From Candidatus Multivoradales bacterium (GTDB lineage: Bacteria; Acidobacteriota; Thermoanaerobaculia; Multivoradales; JAHEKO01), in NCBI GenBank assembly GCA_965248055.1, contig CBDFIJ010000004.1, positions 2,688,001 through 2,752,000 of the forward strand: 64,000 nt of DNA. Direction: 5' to 3'. Below, piece by piece: positions 38,228-48,489 of this stretch (its first letter is position 1; every line of letters begins with the position of its first letter). The translations under genes were made by a program, and so were the position numbers. The notes under the pieces were generated by a model that worked only from the letters and a program-made list of their open reading frames with translations, was not told the DNA's origin and did not search any database.

Positions 38228-38244
38228 CTGGCACAGTTCCTGCT
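38228..38244 (+). promoter_or_regulatory. Candidate sigma54 promoter upstream of lolA
   Basis: CTGGCACAGTTCCTGCT: TGGCAC with GG-N10-GC spacing; predicted +1 about 9 nt before ATG 38264. Confidence 0.5.
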
Positions 38245-38263
38245 CACAGCTCCTTTTGTGGTT

Positions 38264-39001
38264 ATGAAATTTGTTCAGAGAAAACTATCTGTTTGTGCGT
38301 TTGCCGCGTTGCTTATCGCAGGAATGCCTTTGGCGGCTGCCGAGCCCTTGGCTGACCCCGGTGATCCAACCTTGATCCCAAGGGAGCGGCTACAGGCGTT
38401 AGTTGAGAGAATGCGCTTGGCGGCGCAGGAACGAGAAACCATGTCAGCGGCGTTCGTTCAGACCAAGGAAAGTTCCTTGTTGCTTGCGCCCAGCGTTTCC
38501 AAGGGGACATTTTCCTACCTTGCTCCCGATCGCGTCCGCTGGGAGTACGAACGTCCGGAAGCGATGACGCTGGTGATCGACCAGGGCGAGGCGTTGACTT
38601 GGTATCGAGACCTGGGCAAGGCAGAGCGCTATCAAGTCGGCCGCCAAAGCGAGCGAGTGTTGGAGTATTTGGGTGCCAGTTCTTCTATGGAACAACTGAT
38701 CGAGTTCTTTCGAATCTCCATGCAGGCACAACCAGCCCCGGGCGATCCCTACTGGCTTCGATTGGAGCCGCGCTACAGTCGCATCGCCAAACGCTTGAAA
38801 GAACTTGAATTGTGGATTGACGCTGAGCGCTTCGTTCCGGTGCGGTTGCGCTATGTCGAACCGGACGGTGACGTCACCGAGTACGTATTCACAGATCTCG
38901 AGATTAATCAGGAAATCTCCCCCTCTCTGTTTGAAGTTGAGCTGCCAGTTGGAGTCGCCGTTCGCGACGTTGATCTGCCCCGACGGACAGGGTCGCGTTG
39001 A
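38264..39001 (+). CDS. lolA: Outer-membrane lipoprotein carrier LolA family protein
   Basis: Signal peptide; AAFVQ...SKGTFSYLAPDRVRWEYERPE...DGDVTEYVF...FEVELPVGV. Confidence 0.82.
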   Translation: MKFVQRKLSVCAFAALLIAGMPLAAAEPLADPGDPTLIPRERLQALVERMRLAAQERETMSAAFVQTKESSLLLAPSVSKGTFSYLAPDRVRWEYERPEAMTLVIDQGEALTWYRDLGKAERYQVGRQSERVLEYLGASSSMEQLIEFFRISMQAQPAPGDPYWLRLEPRYSRIAKRLKELELWIDAERFVPVRLRYVEPDGDVTEYVFTDLEINQEISPSLFEVELPVGVAVRDVDLPRRTGSR

Positions 39002-40113
39002 GCGGCGTAGCTCCTTTTATCGTTAAGAGTAAGAGTGGTCGAGCCCGTCGTGGCGTGATCATCACGCCGCACGGGATCATCGAGACTCCGGCATTCGCGC
39101 CGGTGGGAACCCTTGGCGCGGTCAAAGGGGTCACCCCACAATCGTTGGAGGACACAGGTGCCAGCCTGATGTTGTCTAACCTCTACCATTTGGCGTTGCG
39201 TCCTGGGGTTGATGCGATCCGATCGATGGGCGGCTTGCATCAATTCACCGGTTGGAAGAAGCCGATCCTTACGGACAGTGGCGGTTTCCAGGTGTTCAGT
39301 CTCGCTTCCTTGCGGACTGTGGACGATCAAGGTGTTCGTTTTCGCAACCATCTTGACGGTGGAGAAATCAATCTGACTCCGGAATGGGTGGCACAAGCAC
39401 AGGTTGATCTGGGGGTCGATATCGCGATGATGCTCGATGAGTGTCCTCCGTGGCCGGTTGAGGAGGCGGAGGCTTCTGCGTCTCTGGAGCGAACCCTCAA
39501 GTGGGCGCAGCGTGGTCGAGAGGTGTGGCTGGAGACGGCGGAGTCTGACCAACAGTTTTTCGGCATCGTACAAGGAAGTACCTACCGTGGTTTGCGCGAA
39601 CGCGCGGTGGAAGGTTTGCTCGAAATCGGTTTCGACGGCTACGCGATTGGTGGCGTCAGTGTTGGAGAACCGACTCAGGACAAGATGGCAGTGGTCGATT
39701 GGACCACGCTCTTGTTGCCGGAGAACCGAGCTCGTTACCTGATGGGAGTTGGGACTCCCAGTGATATCTATCGAGCGGTTCGCTGTGGTGTCGACTTGTT
39801 TGACTGTGTGCTCCCGACTCGCAACGCTCGTCATGGTTTGCTCTACACCAGCGAAGGGGAAATCCGCATTAAGAACGCTCAATACGCGGCCGACGAGAGA
39901 CCGGTTGATGCACGTTGTTCTTGCCCAGCCTGTCGTAGCGTCAGCCGAGCCTTTCTGCATCATCTTATGCGGCACAAGGAATTGACCGGAATCGTCCTCG
40001 CGACGCTGCACAACGTCCGCTTCTTTCTTGACTTTATGAAGGCCCTCAGAGAAGCTATTAAGTCCGGGAGCTTGGCAGGAATTGGCCCACCGGTTGGCAA
40101 GTACGTGACCTAG
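38998..40113 (+). CDS. tgt: Queuine tRNA-ribosyltransferase
   Basis: TDSGGFQVFSL, DECP, GIVQG, YLMGVG, DLFDCVLPTRNAR and Zn CxCxxC...HN. Confidence 0.97.
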   Translation: MSGVAPFIVKSKSGRARRGVIITPHGIIETPAFAPVGTLGAVKGVTPQSLEDTGASLMLSNLYHLALRPGVDAIRSMGGLHQFTGWKKPILTDSGGFQVFSLASLRTVDDQGVRFRNHLDGGEINLTPEWVAQAQVDLGVDIAMMLDECPPWPVEEAEASASLERTLKWAQRGREVWLETAESDQQFFGIVQGSTYRGLRERAVEGLLEIGFDGYAIGGVSVGEPTQDKMAVVDWTTLLLPENRARYLMGVGTPSDIYRAVRCGVDLFDCVLPTRNARHGLLYTSEGEIRIKNAQYAADERPVDARCSCPACRSVSRAFLHHLMRHKELTGIVLATLHNVRFFLDFMKALREAIKSGSLAGIGPPVGKYVT

Positions 40114-40203
40114 GGGCAAGCCCGGAACCACCAAGAAAACTTTCCATCCCTCCAAGAGCATCGCCGTCTTGCGACCGTTGGATTGGGCTGGAATTGAGTT
40201 GGG

Positions 40204-40527
40204 ATGATCGAAATTATGCTCGAAATATTCACACCACTTGTCTTCGCACAAGCCACCGGTTCCGCGTGGATGCAGTTCATTCCGATGGCGTTGGTCTTTG
40301 CGATTTTCTATTTCCTGCTTTTGGCTCCGATGCGCCGTCGCCAGAAGGCGCTGGCATCGACCCTCGCCGATCTCAAGAAGGGCGACAAGATAATAACAAC
40401 CGGGGGTTTCTACGGTGAGGTCACACGGATCGAGGGCAACGATCTCTACCTAAAGCTGGGTGACGATGTTCGAGTTCGGGTTGCCAAGTCGGCGATCGCT
40501 GGTCTCGACGGGGAGTCCCAGTCATGA
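40204..40527 (+). CDS. yajC: Preprotein translocase subunit YajC
   Basis: IFYFLLLAPMRRRQK and LKKGDKIITTGG; between tgt and secD. Confidence 0.96.
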   Translation: MIEIMLEIFTPLVFAQATGSAWMQFIPMALVFAIFYFLLLAPMRRRQKALASTLADLKKGDKIITTGGFYGEVTRIEGNDLYLKLGDDVRVRVAKSAIAGLDGESQS

Positions 40528-42077
40528 ACAGAAGCCTGATGTGGAGGGGGTTGTTTATCAGTGGCCTGGTGGTGCTTGGGCTGATTGCCGCCTATCCGCC
40601 CAAGGAAAAGGTTCGGCTGGGCTTGGACTTGCGCGGTGGCACTTATTTGGACCTGGACGTCCAAGTCGACGACGCGCTCAACGCCGAGACCTCGCGCGAG
40701 TCGGGAATTTTGGTACGAGAGTTAGAGGATCGCGGTGCTTCCGGAGTTCAGGTTAATCGTCTGAGTCCGAATTCTTTTGAACTCACCGGCGCGGCAGGTA
40801 ACGATGCTGCTGTCCAAGAAGTCCAACGGTCGGTCCTCGCCAATTGGAATACGCGCAAAGAGGGTGATCGCTGGGTGTGGACTATGGTTGCGCGAAGCGA
40901 ATCGGAAGTGAAGAACTTGGCGGTTGAGCAGGCAGTGCAGACGGTGCGCAACCGCATCGACCAGTATGGCGTCGCTGAACCTGTAATCCAGCGGGTTGGC
41001 GGGGAATCACGGATTGCAGTGCAGCTGCCGGGCGTCGATGATCCGGAGCGGGTCAAGGAACTGATTAAGAACACTGCTTTCTTGGAATTTCGATTGGTTC
41101 GTTTCCCGGGCTCGGGACAGTCGGCGAGCCGCGAGCAGATTCTCGCCAACTTCGGCGGCAGCCTGCCGCCCAACTTGGAGATCTTGCCGTCGAAATCGGA
41201 AGGCACTCTTCCAGTGACCCACTATGCGGTCGAACGGCAGCCGGTGGTTACCGGTCGCGATCTGCGTACCGCAAGTCCGGGTCTGGGACAGTTCAACACT
41301 CCGATCGTCAACTTCGGATTGACCTTTGAGGGTGGGCGTAGATTCGGCGAGGCAACCGGAGCCAACCTTGGAACACCGCTAGCGATCGTATTGGATGGAG
41401 CGGTGGTAAGTGCTCCCAACATCAACGGTCGGATCACCGATTCGGGATATATCGAGGGTCAGTTTGACCAGACTGAAGCCCAAGATTTGGCGATCACCTT
41501 GCGCTCTGGTGCTCTGCCGGCCGGGATCGAGTTCTTGGAAGAGCGAACTGTCGGGCCGTCTTTGGGACTCGATTCGATTCGCAAGGGGTTTCGAGCTTCC
41601 TGGATTGCTGGTGTGTTGGTCATCCTGGCGATGCTGGTGGTTTATCGCTTGACCGGGATCAATGCGGTGGTGGCGTTGGCGATCAACATCGTCTTAATCT
41701 TCGGCGCTTTGTCCTATCTCGGTTTTACCCTGACCCTACCGGGAATCGCCGGAATTGTACTGACTATTGGTATGGCGGTGGACGCCAACGTCTTGGTCTT
41801 TGAGCGTATTCGAGAAGAGCTGCGCAATGGTCGTGCGGCTAAGTCGGCGGTGGACTCTGGGTTTGCCAAGGCGTTGTCTTCCATCTTTGACGCCAATTTC
41901 ACTACCCTGATTGCCGCGGTTTTCCTGTTCCAATTCGGAACCGGGCCGGTACGGGGCTTTGCGGTGACGCTGTCGATCGGCATTTTGGCGTCTTTGTTTA
42001 CCGCGATATTCGTCAGTCGTTGGCTGTTTGACCTGTGGCTCAGTCGCCACAGTGATAGCGCACAACTATCTATCTAG
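40524..42077 (+). CDS. secD: Protein translocase subunit SecD
   Basis: LGLDLRGG, RNRIDQYGVAEP, LRSGALP, VGPSLG and GMAVDANVLVFERIREE. Confidence 0.97.
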   Translation: MNRSLMWRGLFISGLVVLGLIAAYPPKEKVRLGLDLRGGTYLDLDVQVDDALNAETSRESGILVRELEDRGASGVQVNRLSPNSFELTGAAGNDAAVQEVQRSVLANWNTRKEGDRWVWTMVARSESEVKNLAVEQAVQTVRNRIDQYGVAEPVIQRVGGESRIAVQLPGVDDPERVKELIKNTAFLEFRLVRFPGSGQSASREQILANFGGSLPPNLEILPSKSEGTLPVTHYAVERQPVVTGRDLRTASPGLGQFNTPIVNFGLTFEGGRRFGEATGANLGTPLAIVLDGAVVSAPNINGRITDSGYIEGQFDQTEAQDLAITLRSGALPAGIEFLEERTVGPSLGLDSIRKGFRASWIAGVLVILAMLVVYRLTGINAVVALAINIVLIFGALSYLGFTLTLPGIAGIVLTIGMAVDANVLVFERIREELRNGRAAKSAVDSGFAKALSSIFDANFTTLIAAVFLFQFGTGPVRGFAVTLSIGILASLFTAIFVSRWLFDLWLSRHSDSAQLSI

Positions 42078-42141
42078 ACGAGGCCGTCCGAGCATTATCA
42101 CGCCATTTGAACTCGATTAGTAAGTAGAGGAAACGAGAGCA

Positions 42142-43320
42142 ATGAGAATCTTGCAAGACACCAATATCGATTTCATGAAATACCGACGGCCTTGGATCAT
42201 TGTGTCCTTGGTCTTGATCCTGTTCGGCGCATACGTGATTTTTTTCGGCGGGCACCTCAATCTAGGGATTGACTTCGCCGGTGGCACCCAGATGAACTTG
42301 AAGTTCGCTGAGGAGCCGGATCTGGCCGATTTGCGCCAGACCCTACAGGCTGCCGGCATCCCAGATCCCCAGATTCAAAGATTTGGGGACGTGGGTGGAA
42401 ACGAGGTCCTGATCCGAACTCCGGTGGCTGCGGCAGGTGAGGAAGAGCGTAAACAGCAGATTGAGGTAGCGTTGGATAGCTGGTTGGGCCAGTCGAATAA
42501 TGGCTTTGACATCAACCGCAACGGTGCCGACGCAGTCGCAGCGTGGCTGACTACGCGAAATCCAGACGCTTTAACGGGTGATCCTGGGTCCATTCGGGCG
42601 CACTACGACACAGTTGCTGCGGCTATTGCGGCATCGCGTCGGGAGCTCGGCCATTTGTCCGATGTCGACGCGCTGCGCTCAGTGGTCAGTGAACCTACCG
42701 CCGCGGTTTTGGCGAGCGACGCTAAGTTCGGCGATCTGGCGATCTTAGGTGCCGGACGGGTCAGCGCCCAGGTGGGGTCGGAGCTGCGCAAGCGTGGCAT
42801 CTTGGCGGTATCGCTGGCACTGCTTGGCATGCTGGCATATATCTGGTTGCGCTTTGAGCTACGTTTTGGCGTTGGTGCGTTGATGGCAGTAATCCATGAC
42901 GTGTTCATCACCCTTAGTTTGTTTGCTTTGGCAGGCTTCGAGTTCAACTTGACCACCATCGCCGGTTTCTTGACCCTGGTGGGCTACTCGGTGAACGACA
43001 GTGTGGTGGTGTTTGATCGAGTGCGCGAGAACCTGAATCAGCTTCGTTCGCGGCCTTTGGTTGACGTGATGAATTGGAGTTTGAACCAAACGCTGTCGCG
43101 TACCATCTTGACTTCCGGTACCACCTTGCTGGCAGTGGGGGCTTTGTTATTTCTTGGCGGAGATGTGCTCAAGGGGTTTGCCTTCATTTTGATGATCGGG
43201 GTTGTTGCCGGCACCTATTCGTCGATTTACATCGCCAGTCCTTTTGCTCTCCTTTGGGAGAAACACTTTGGTGGCAAGGGCGAATCAGCTAGCGCCAAGT
43301 CAAAGACCGCCCCTGCTTGA
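42142..43320 (+). CDS. secF: Protein translocase subunit SecF (with periplasmic insert)
   Basis: LGIDFAGG, HDV, GYSVNDSVVVFDRVRE, TLSRTILTS and GTYSSIYIASP. Confidence 0.96.
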   Translation: MRILQDTNIDFMKYRRPWIIVSLVLILFGAYVIFFGGHLNLGIDFAGGTQMNLKFAEEPDLADLRQTLQAAGIPDPQIQRFGDVGGNEVLIRTPVAAAGEEERKQQIEVALDSWLGQSNNGFDINRNGADAVAAWLTTRNPDALTGDPGSIRAHYDTVAAAIAASRRELGHLSDVDALRSVVSEPTAAVLASDAKFGDLAILGAGRVSAQVGSELRKRGILAVSLALLGMLAYIWLRFELRFGVGALMAVIHDVFITLSLFALAGFEFNLTTIAGFLTLVGYSVNDSVVVFDRVRENLNQLRSRPLVDVMNWSLNQTLSRTILTSGTTLLAVGALLFLGGDVLKGFAFILMIGVVAGTYSSIYIASPFALLWEKHFGGKGESASAKSKTAPA

Positions 43321-43416
43321 GGGGTTCGATAGCCAGAATCGTCAATCGACGACCGTTGATCCCTATAATTGGACGACCTGAGATCGTGGGTTTTGATCCT
43401 GTGATCCTTGGTCGGC

Positions 43417-45636
43417 ATGCCTTCACTACCGCGCCTTACTAACAACAGTCGAATTTCCGTTCCGGTGGTGCCGCGCTCAGAGGTCGATGTCGACCTTGTC
43501 ATTGGGTGTTTAGACAAGAGCGGTCGAGAATTCGATCCGGCGCGCATTCGAGCGGTATACCAATTCGCTGCAGCGAAACATGCGCAGCAGAAGAGAGCGT
43601 CGGGAAAGCCCTACACCAGCCATCTGGTCTATGTCGCTTATCTTCTCGCCGACCAGCGATTCGATGCGGCGACGGTGGAGGCTGGGCTGCTGCATGACAC
43701 CCTGGAAGACACCGAGACAACACTTGAGGAGCTGAGCCAAGAGTTTGGCAAGGAGGTCGCCGATCTGGTCGACAGTGTGACCAAGATCGGTCGTCACGCC
43801 TATGTACGACGGGATCAAGCCCAAGCGGAGACCTTCCGCAAACTGATTCTGGCTTCGGTGCGCGATGTTCGCGCTATTGCCGTCAAGCTGGCCGATCGCT
43901 TGCACAACATGCTGACGCTTGAGCATTTGGACGACGAGCGGCGTCGGAGGATCGCACGAGAGACGTTGGAGATCTATGCCCCGATCGCCCATCGACTAGG
44001 TATGGCGAGAGTGCAAGGAGACCTCGAAGATCTTTCTTTCTACCACCTGTTTCCGCATCAATACAAAAGGCTGCACAACAGTCTCGAAGCTCGAGTGAGG
44101 GTCGCCAAGAGTGCCAACAAAGCGATCCACCAGCAACTGCAAAAATCCTTGACCGATGCTGCCATTGAAGCACAGATCGGGCATCGGGTGAAGCGCTACT
44201 ATTCGATCTATCTCAAGTTGCGCCGACGCGGAATCAGCCTGGATCGTCTCTATGACTATCTGGCGTATCGAGTCATTGCCGGCGATGTCAAGGATTGCTA
44301 CGCCACGCTCGGCGTAGTCCACCAACGTTGGCGACCGGTCCCTGGGAGATTCAAAGACTATATTGCGATGCCCAAGCCCAATCTCTATCAAAGTCTTCAT
44401 ACGACTGTCGTTTCGGACCAGGGCACACCGTTTGAGATCCAGATTCGCACCATCGAAATGGATCGTATTGCGGAAGAGGGGATCGCCGCCCATTGGCGCT
44501 ACAAGGAGTCATCGACTGCAGGAAGTGATGAAGGACGCGCGATCGGTTGGCTGCGCCAATTATTGGAATGGCAGCAGGGCTTGGAAGACCCTCAAAGTTT
44601 CCTGGCGTCCTTAAAGATCGACCTGTTCCCGGATGAAGTGTATGTGTTCACCCCCAAAGGAGACGTCATGGCGTTTCCTCGAGGTGCGACCCCGCTTGAT
44701 TTCGCATACCAAGTTCATTCTGACGTCGGGCATCACTGCTCGGGTACTCGGGTCAACGGCAAACTGGTGCCCCTTCGGACTCAACTGGTCAACGGCGATC
44801 AGGTCGAGGTGTTGACCGACCCAGGCCGTAGTCCCAGCAGCGATTGGTTGGAGTTCGCAGTGACCACCCGAGCACGGGCCAAGATTCGACAATGGCTCAA
44901 CGCGCAGCAAAAAGAGCGTGCGACGGACGTTGGCCGTCGGATGATCGAAAAGGAGCTGCGCAAGCATTCGACCACCCTAAAGAAGTTTTTGGCCCACGCC
45001 GATCTACCTGCGTATCTCGCGGCTAACGGGATATCGAAGCCTGAGGACCTCTTGAGCGAAATTGGTTTCGGGAAAATTATGCCCCGGGTTACGGTTGAGA
45101 AAGTACTGAGATCCGCGCCGCCGGAAACCGAACCTGACGCCGGCATTGGCCAAGCAATTCGCCGCTGGCTACCAGGAGCTAGCCAAGCGGTGGTGGTCGA
45201 AGGCCATGGAGACCTTCTCGTCTACTTAGCCAAATGCTGTAACCCGCTGCCCGGCGATGCAATCGTCGGCTACGTGACGCGTGGCCGAGGAGTTTCGGTT
45301 CATCGAACCGATTGCCCCAACGTCGCCAAGCTGCTGTACCACCCAGAACGAGAGATTGAAGTCGCATGGGGGAAAAGCGACAATGCGTACGCGGTGGTTG
45401 TCGACATAGAAACTGTCGATGAGACCGGAGTCTTAGCGCGGCTTACCGAGGCGATGGCCAAAGACAAACGCAATATTCGTCAGATAACTGCCGACACCAA
45501 GGTGGAAGGTCGCGGCCGAATTGCTGTAGTTATCGAGGTTACGGGTCGGAGCGACCTCGACCGGCTGTGCAATGGACTGTTGGCGATTCCGGGCGTCCTG
45601 GGGGTTGAGCGCCGCATGGATATGCCGGGAGAGTAA
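43417..45636 (+). CDS. rel: Bifunctional (p)ppGpp synthetase/hydrolase (long RSH)
   Basis: HD motif LLHDTLED, KLADRLHNM, RFKDYIAMPKPNLYQSLHT, TGS, CC (AKCCNP) and ACT domains. Confidence 0.96.
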   Translation: MPSLPRLTNNSRISVPVVPRSEVDVDLVIGCLDKSGREFDPARIRAVYQFAAAKHAQQKRASGKPYTSHLVYVAYLLADQRFDAATVEAGLLHDTLEDTETTLEELSQEFGKEVADLVDSVTKIGRHAYVRRDQAQAETFRKLILASVRDVRAIAVKLADRLHNMLTLEHLDDERRRRIARETLEIYAPIAHRLGMARVQGDLEDLSFYHLFPHQYKRLHNSLEARVRVAKSANKAIHQQLQKSLTDAAIEAQIGHRVKRYYSIYLKLRRRGISLDRLYDYLAYRVIAGDVKDCYATLGVVHQRWRPVPGRFKDYIAMPKPNLYQSLHTTVVSDQGTPFEIQIRTIEMDRIAEEGIAAHWRYKESSTAGSDEGRAIGWLRQLLEWQQGLEDPQSFLASLKIDLFPDEVYVFTPKGDVMAFPRGATPLDFAYQVHSDVGHHCSGTRVNGKLVPLRTQLVNGDQVEVLTDPGRSPSSDWLEFAVTTRARAKIRQWLNAQQKERATDVGRRMIEKELRKHSTTLKKFLAHADLPAYLAANGISKPEDLLSEIGFGKIMPRVTVEKVLRSAPPETEPDAGIGQAIRRWLPGASQAVVVEGHGDLLVYLAKCCNPLPGDAIVGYVTRGRGVSVHRTDCPNVAKLLYHPEREIEVAWGKSDNAYAVVVDIETVDETGVLARLTEAMAKDKRNIRQITADTKVEGRGRIAVVIEVTGRSDLDRLCNGLLAIPGVLGVERRMDMPGE

Positions 45637-45679
45637 TCCCGGCAGAAGCAACGCCCTCTCCCAGGCCGGGGCAGAGAAC

Positions 45680-45898
45680 TTACGACTGCTCTGCGTCGAA
45701 CGAGCGGCTGACCGGCTTGGTGACTTTTCCGCTTCTCAGGCAGCGAGTACAAACCCAAACGCGGCGAACGGCACCGTCAATTTGCGCTCGGACTTTCTGT
45801 AGGTTGGGGCGCATGGGACGGTTGGAAACATTGTGGGCGTGACTGATGCTGCGACCGGCAACCGTTCGTTTCTCGCAGATATAGCATTGCTTAGACAT
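45680..45898 (-). CDS. rpmB: 50S ribosomal protein L28
   Basis: MSKQCYIC...SISHAHN...PNLQ...VCTRCLRS. Confidence 0.96.
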   Translation of the reverse strand: MSKQCYICEKRTVAGRSISHAHNVSNRPMRPNLQKVRAQIDGAVRRVWVCTRCLRSGKVTKPVSRSFDAEQS

Positions 45899-46190
45899 CG
45901 GATTCCTCGTTTTTGATCTAGGGCTTCTCGACCGCCTACGAACAAGATGGCGGGTTCAAAGATCGCAAATTATAGCTTCTTTTTGCGAAATTGTTGGTCT
46001 GTGACAAGAGGCCGCGTGTTCGGTGTGCGCTGCGGACTGGACTTGGCGTCCAACTTGTGGCAAAAACTCCTAACGAAATTGGGGAAACTCAATAATTGGC
46101 AGAGAGCGACTTGGAGGATCGGACGAATTAATGCATTGGTACAACCAATCTCTTAGCTTCCTTACAGCTAACCGAAGGGGAGCATAACGG

Positions 46191-47243
46191 GTGATCTTCT
46201 CTAGATCTAAGAATGTTGTCGGCCTTGATATTGGCAGTTCGGCACTTAAGCTTGTCGAGTTGAAAAAGCAAGGCGACCGGTACGCGCTGGAACGTGTCGG
46301 ATTTGAACTCCTACCCCCGGAAGCGATTGTTGACGGAACGATCATGGATTCGGGTTTGGTAGTCGATGCCGCACGTCGCCTGTGTGACGCCTCCGGTGTT
46401 CGAAGTTCCTCCTTCGCCACTTCGGTGTCAGGTCATTCGGTGATCCTTAAGAAAATCGAGATTTCTGCCACCAACGAAGAAGAGTTGGCGGAGTCACTGC
46501 GTTGGGAAGCGGAGCAGTACATCCCCTTTGAGATTGACGATGTGAGACTGGACTACGTAGTTCTGGATAGCCGTGGTTCGACCAATGAAGTTCTTCTCGT
46601 CGCCGTCAAGCGAGACAAAATAAACGATTACGTTTCTGTTGTCACCCAGTCGGGGCGCACTCCAGAGATTGTTGATATCGATACCTTTGCGGTACAAAAC
46701 GCCTATCAAGAAACGTCTGGGCGTAATACCTCTGGAATCGCGGCTGTGCTCAATATTGGCGCGTCGGTCACCAACGTCAACATCATTGATGGCGGCAAAA
46801 CGTCGTTATGGCGGGATTTGACTTTTGGCGGGGCGCAGTTCACTGAAGCGTTGCAGCGACAGTTCGGCCTATCTCACCAAGACGCGGAGCTAGCCAAACG
46901 CGGTGAACTCGACGACGGTCGTGATCCCGAGGCTATCCGCGAGGTCCTTGCCTCAGTTTCAGATCAGTTCGCGACCGAAGTTGCCAAAACGTTTGCCTTT
47001 TTTTCCAACAACTTGGGCGGCCGAAAGATCGACAGTGTGGTGGTGACGGGGGGCGGATCAATGACTCCTGGACTGATCGATAGCTTGCGAGCTGAATTGG
47101 GGATTTCAGTCGCGCGCTTTGACCCATTGGATGGCATCGAGACCGATGGCAAAGGCTTTGATCCGAGTTGGCTCGCTTCGATCGGCCCTAGTTTGGCTGT
47201 CGCGGTTGGCCTGGCAATGCGCACGGTAGGAGATGAGTCGTGA
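46191..47243 (+). CDS. pilM: Type IV pilus assembly protein PilM
   Basis: VGLDIGSSALKLVEL, EAEQYIPF, NIGASVT, TGGGS and AVAVGLA. Confidence 0.96.
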   Translation: MIFSRSKNVVGLDIGSSALKLVELKKQGDRYALERVGFELLPPEAIVDGTIMDSGLVVDAARRLCDASGVRSSSFATSVSGHSVILKKIEISATNEEELAESLRWEAEQYIPFEIDDVRLDYVVLDSRGSTNEVLLVAVKRDKINDYVSVVTQSGRTPEIVDIDTFAVQNAYQETSGRNTSGIAAVLNIGASVTNVNIIDGGKTSLWRDLTFGGAQFTEALQRQFGLSHQDAELAKRGELDDGRDPEAIREVLASVSDQFATEVAKTFAFFSNNLGGRKIDSVVVTGGGSMTPGLIDSLRAELGISVARFDPLDGIETDGKGFDPSWLASIGPSLAVAVGLAMRTVGDES

Positions 47244-47860
47244 TTCGCATTAATCTACTTTCTGAGGAACGTAAACCGAAAGTTGCCCGGCTGGGGAAAC
47301 AGACCCAAGAAGCGTTGGCTGCTGACACCGCAACTCTCTGGTTGCTCGGAATTTTGGCGGTGTCTCTGATCTCCGGCGGCGTCTGGTACTGGCGTTTGCA
47401 CAGTACTACGGAAAGTTTGGACACTGAGATCGCTGAAGTCCAGGTGGAAGTGAATCGATTGCTGCCGATTATTGAGGAAGTTCAAGCGTTTGAGAAAAAG
47501 CGTGCTGAACTGCAGAACAAAGTCACCGTGATCAATGACCTCAAAGCTCGGCAACAGGTTCCGGTCAAAATCATGGATGTGGTCTCGCGGGCGCTCCCTG
47601 AACGACTGTGGTTGACCCAGGTCGCCCAACGAGGGACCACGATCACGGTTGCCGGGCAGGCTTTCAACACCAACGCGATCGCGTCGTTTCTCGACAATCT
47701 CGATCAAGTTCCAGGCATGACCGAACCGGTACTCCGTGAGACCCGACGCAGCCGTAGGTCTGCAGGGAGCAACGCGATTTATGAGTTCTCGGTGGTGTTT
47801 GGTCTCCGGACCCAGCAAGCGGAAGACTCCGAAGGAGCGGCGCAGGCCGCATTGAGGTAG
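47240..47860 (+). CDS. pilN: Type IV pilus assembly protein PilN
   Basis: MIRINLL N-terminus, TM helix, coiled coil and LPERLWLT. Confidence 0.94.
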   Translation: MIRINLLSEERKPKVARLGKQTQEALAADTATLWLLGILAVSLISGGVWYWRLHSTTESLDTEIAEVQVEVNRLLPIIEEVQAFEKKRAELQNKVTVINDLKARQQVPVKIMDVVSRALPERLWLTQVAQRGTTITVAGQAFNTNAIASFLDNLDQVPGMTEPVLRETRRSRRSAGSNAIYEFSVVFGLRTQQAEDSEGAAQAALR

Positions 47861-47868
47861 GAGAGGGA

Positions 47869-48489
47869 ATGGCATTTCAGACCGGACTTGAAGGCAAGCC
47901 TTACTATAGGGGTATTGCTGCTGGCTTGGTTATTAGTGCCCTATTGTTCTATGGGGCTCACAGGATGTTCTTTTCCAAAATGGAGGCGGGTATCGGGCAA
48001 CGAAAAGCCCGGATTATCGAGCTAAATGAGCAGTTAGAAAAGGGTCGACAGGCGGAAAGAAAGCTGCCGGAGTTTCGCGCTGAGGTGGCTGAGCTTGAGG
48101 CCAACCTAGAGCGATTGCTGCGTATTCTTCCCTCCCGGCGTAACACGCCAGAATTGCTTCGGCAGATTCGCAGCCTGACAGAGCAAGGTGATTTTCAGAC
48201 CTTGCGCATTGCACCGGGGCAGTTCGTGGACCGCGGCTTCTACACCGAGTGGCCGATCGCCATCAGCTTAGAAGGCGGGTATCACAACCTGGCCATCTTT
48301 TTTGACGACGTTAGTAAGCTTTCGCGGATTATCAATATCGGCAATTTGCAATTGCGTTCGCTGGGCAGGCGAGGCAACACGGCTACTAGGCCGGGACACA
48401 CCGTGTCTGCGGACTTTCAAGCTCTGACCTTTATTTATGAAGATCCCCCGCCACCGAGCGCTGATGGTGAGCAAGGAGCGGCGCGATGA
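47869..48489 (+). CDS. pilO: Type IV pilus assembly protein PilO
   Basis: ILPSRRNTPELL, FYTEWPI and GGYHNLAIFFDDVSKLSRIINI. Confidence 0.94.
   Translation: MAFQTGLEGKPYYRGIAAGLVISALLFYGAHRMFFSKMEAGIGQRKARIIELNEQLEKGRQAERKLPEFRAEVAELEANLERLLRILPSRRNTPELLRQIRSLTEQGDFQTLRIAPGQFVDRGFYTEWPIAISLEGGYHNLAIFFDDVSKLSRIINIGNLQLRSLGRRGNTATRPGHTVSADFQALTFIYEDPPPPSADGEQGAAR

Noticed and set aside
38908-40251. 447-aa minus-strand ORF
   Set aside because: Antisense shadow of tgt with no recognisable motifs.
46043-46059. TTGGCGTCCAACTTGTG as a sigma54 promoter for pilM
   Set aside because: The -12 element is GT rather than GC and the -24 match is weak; not supportable.
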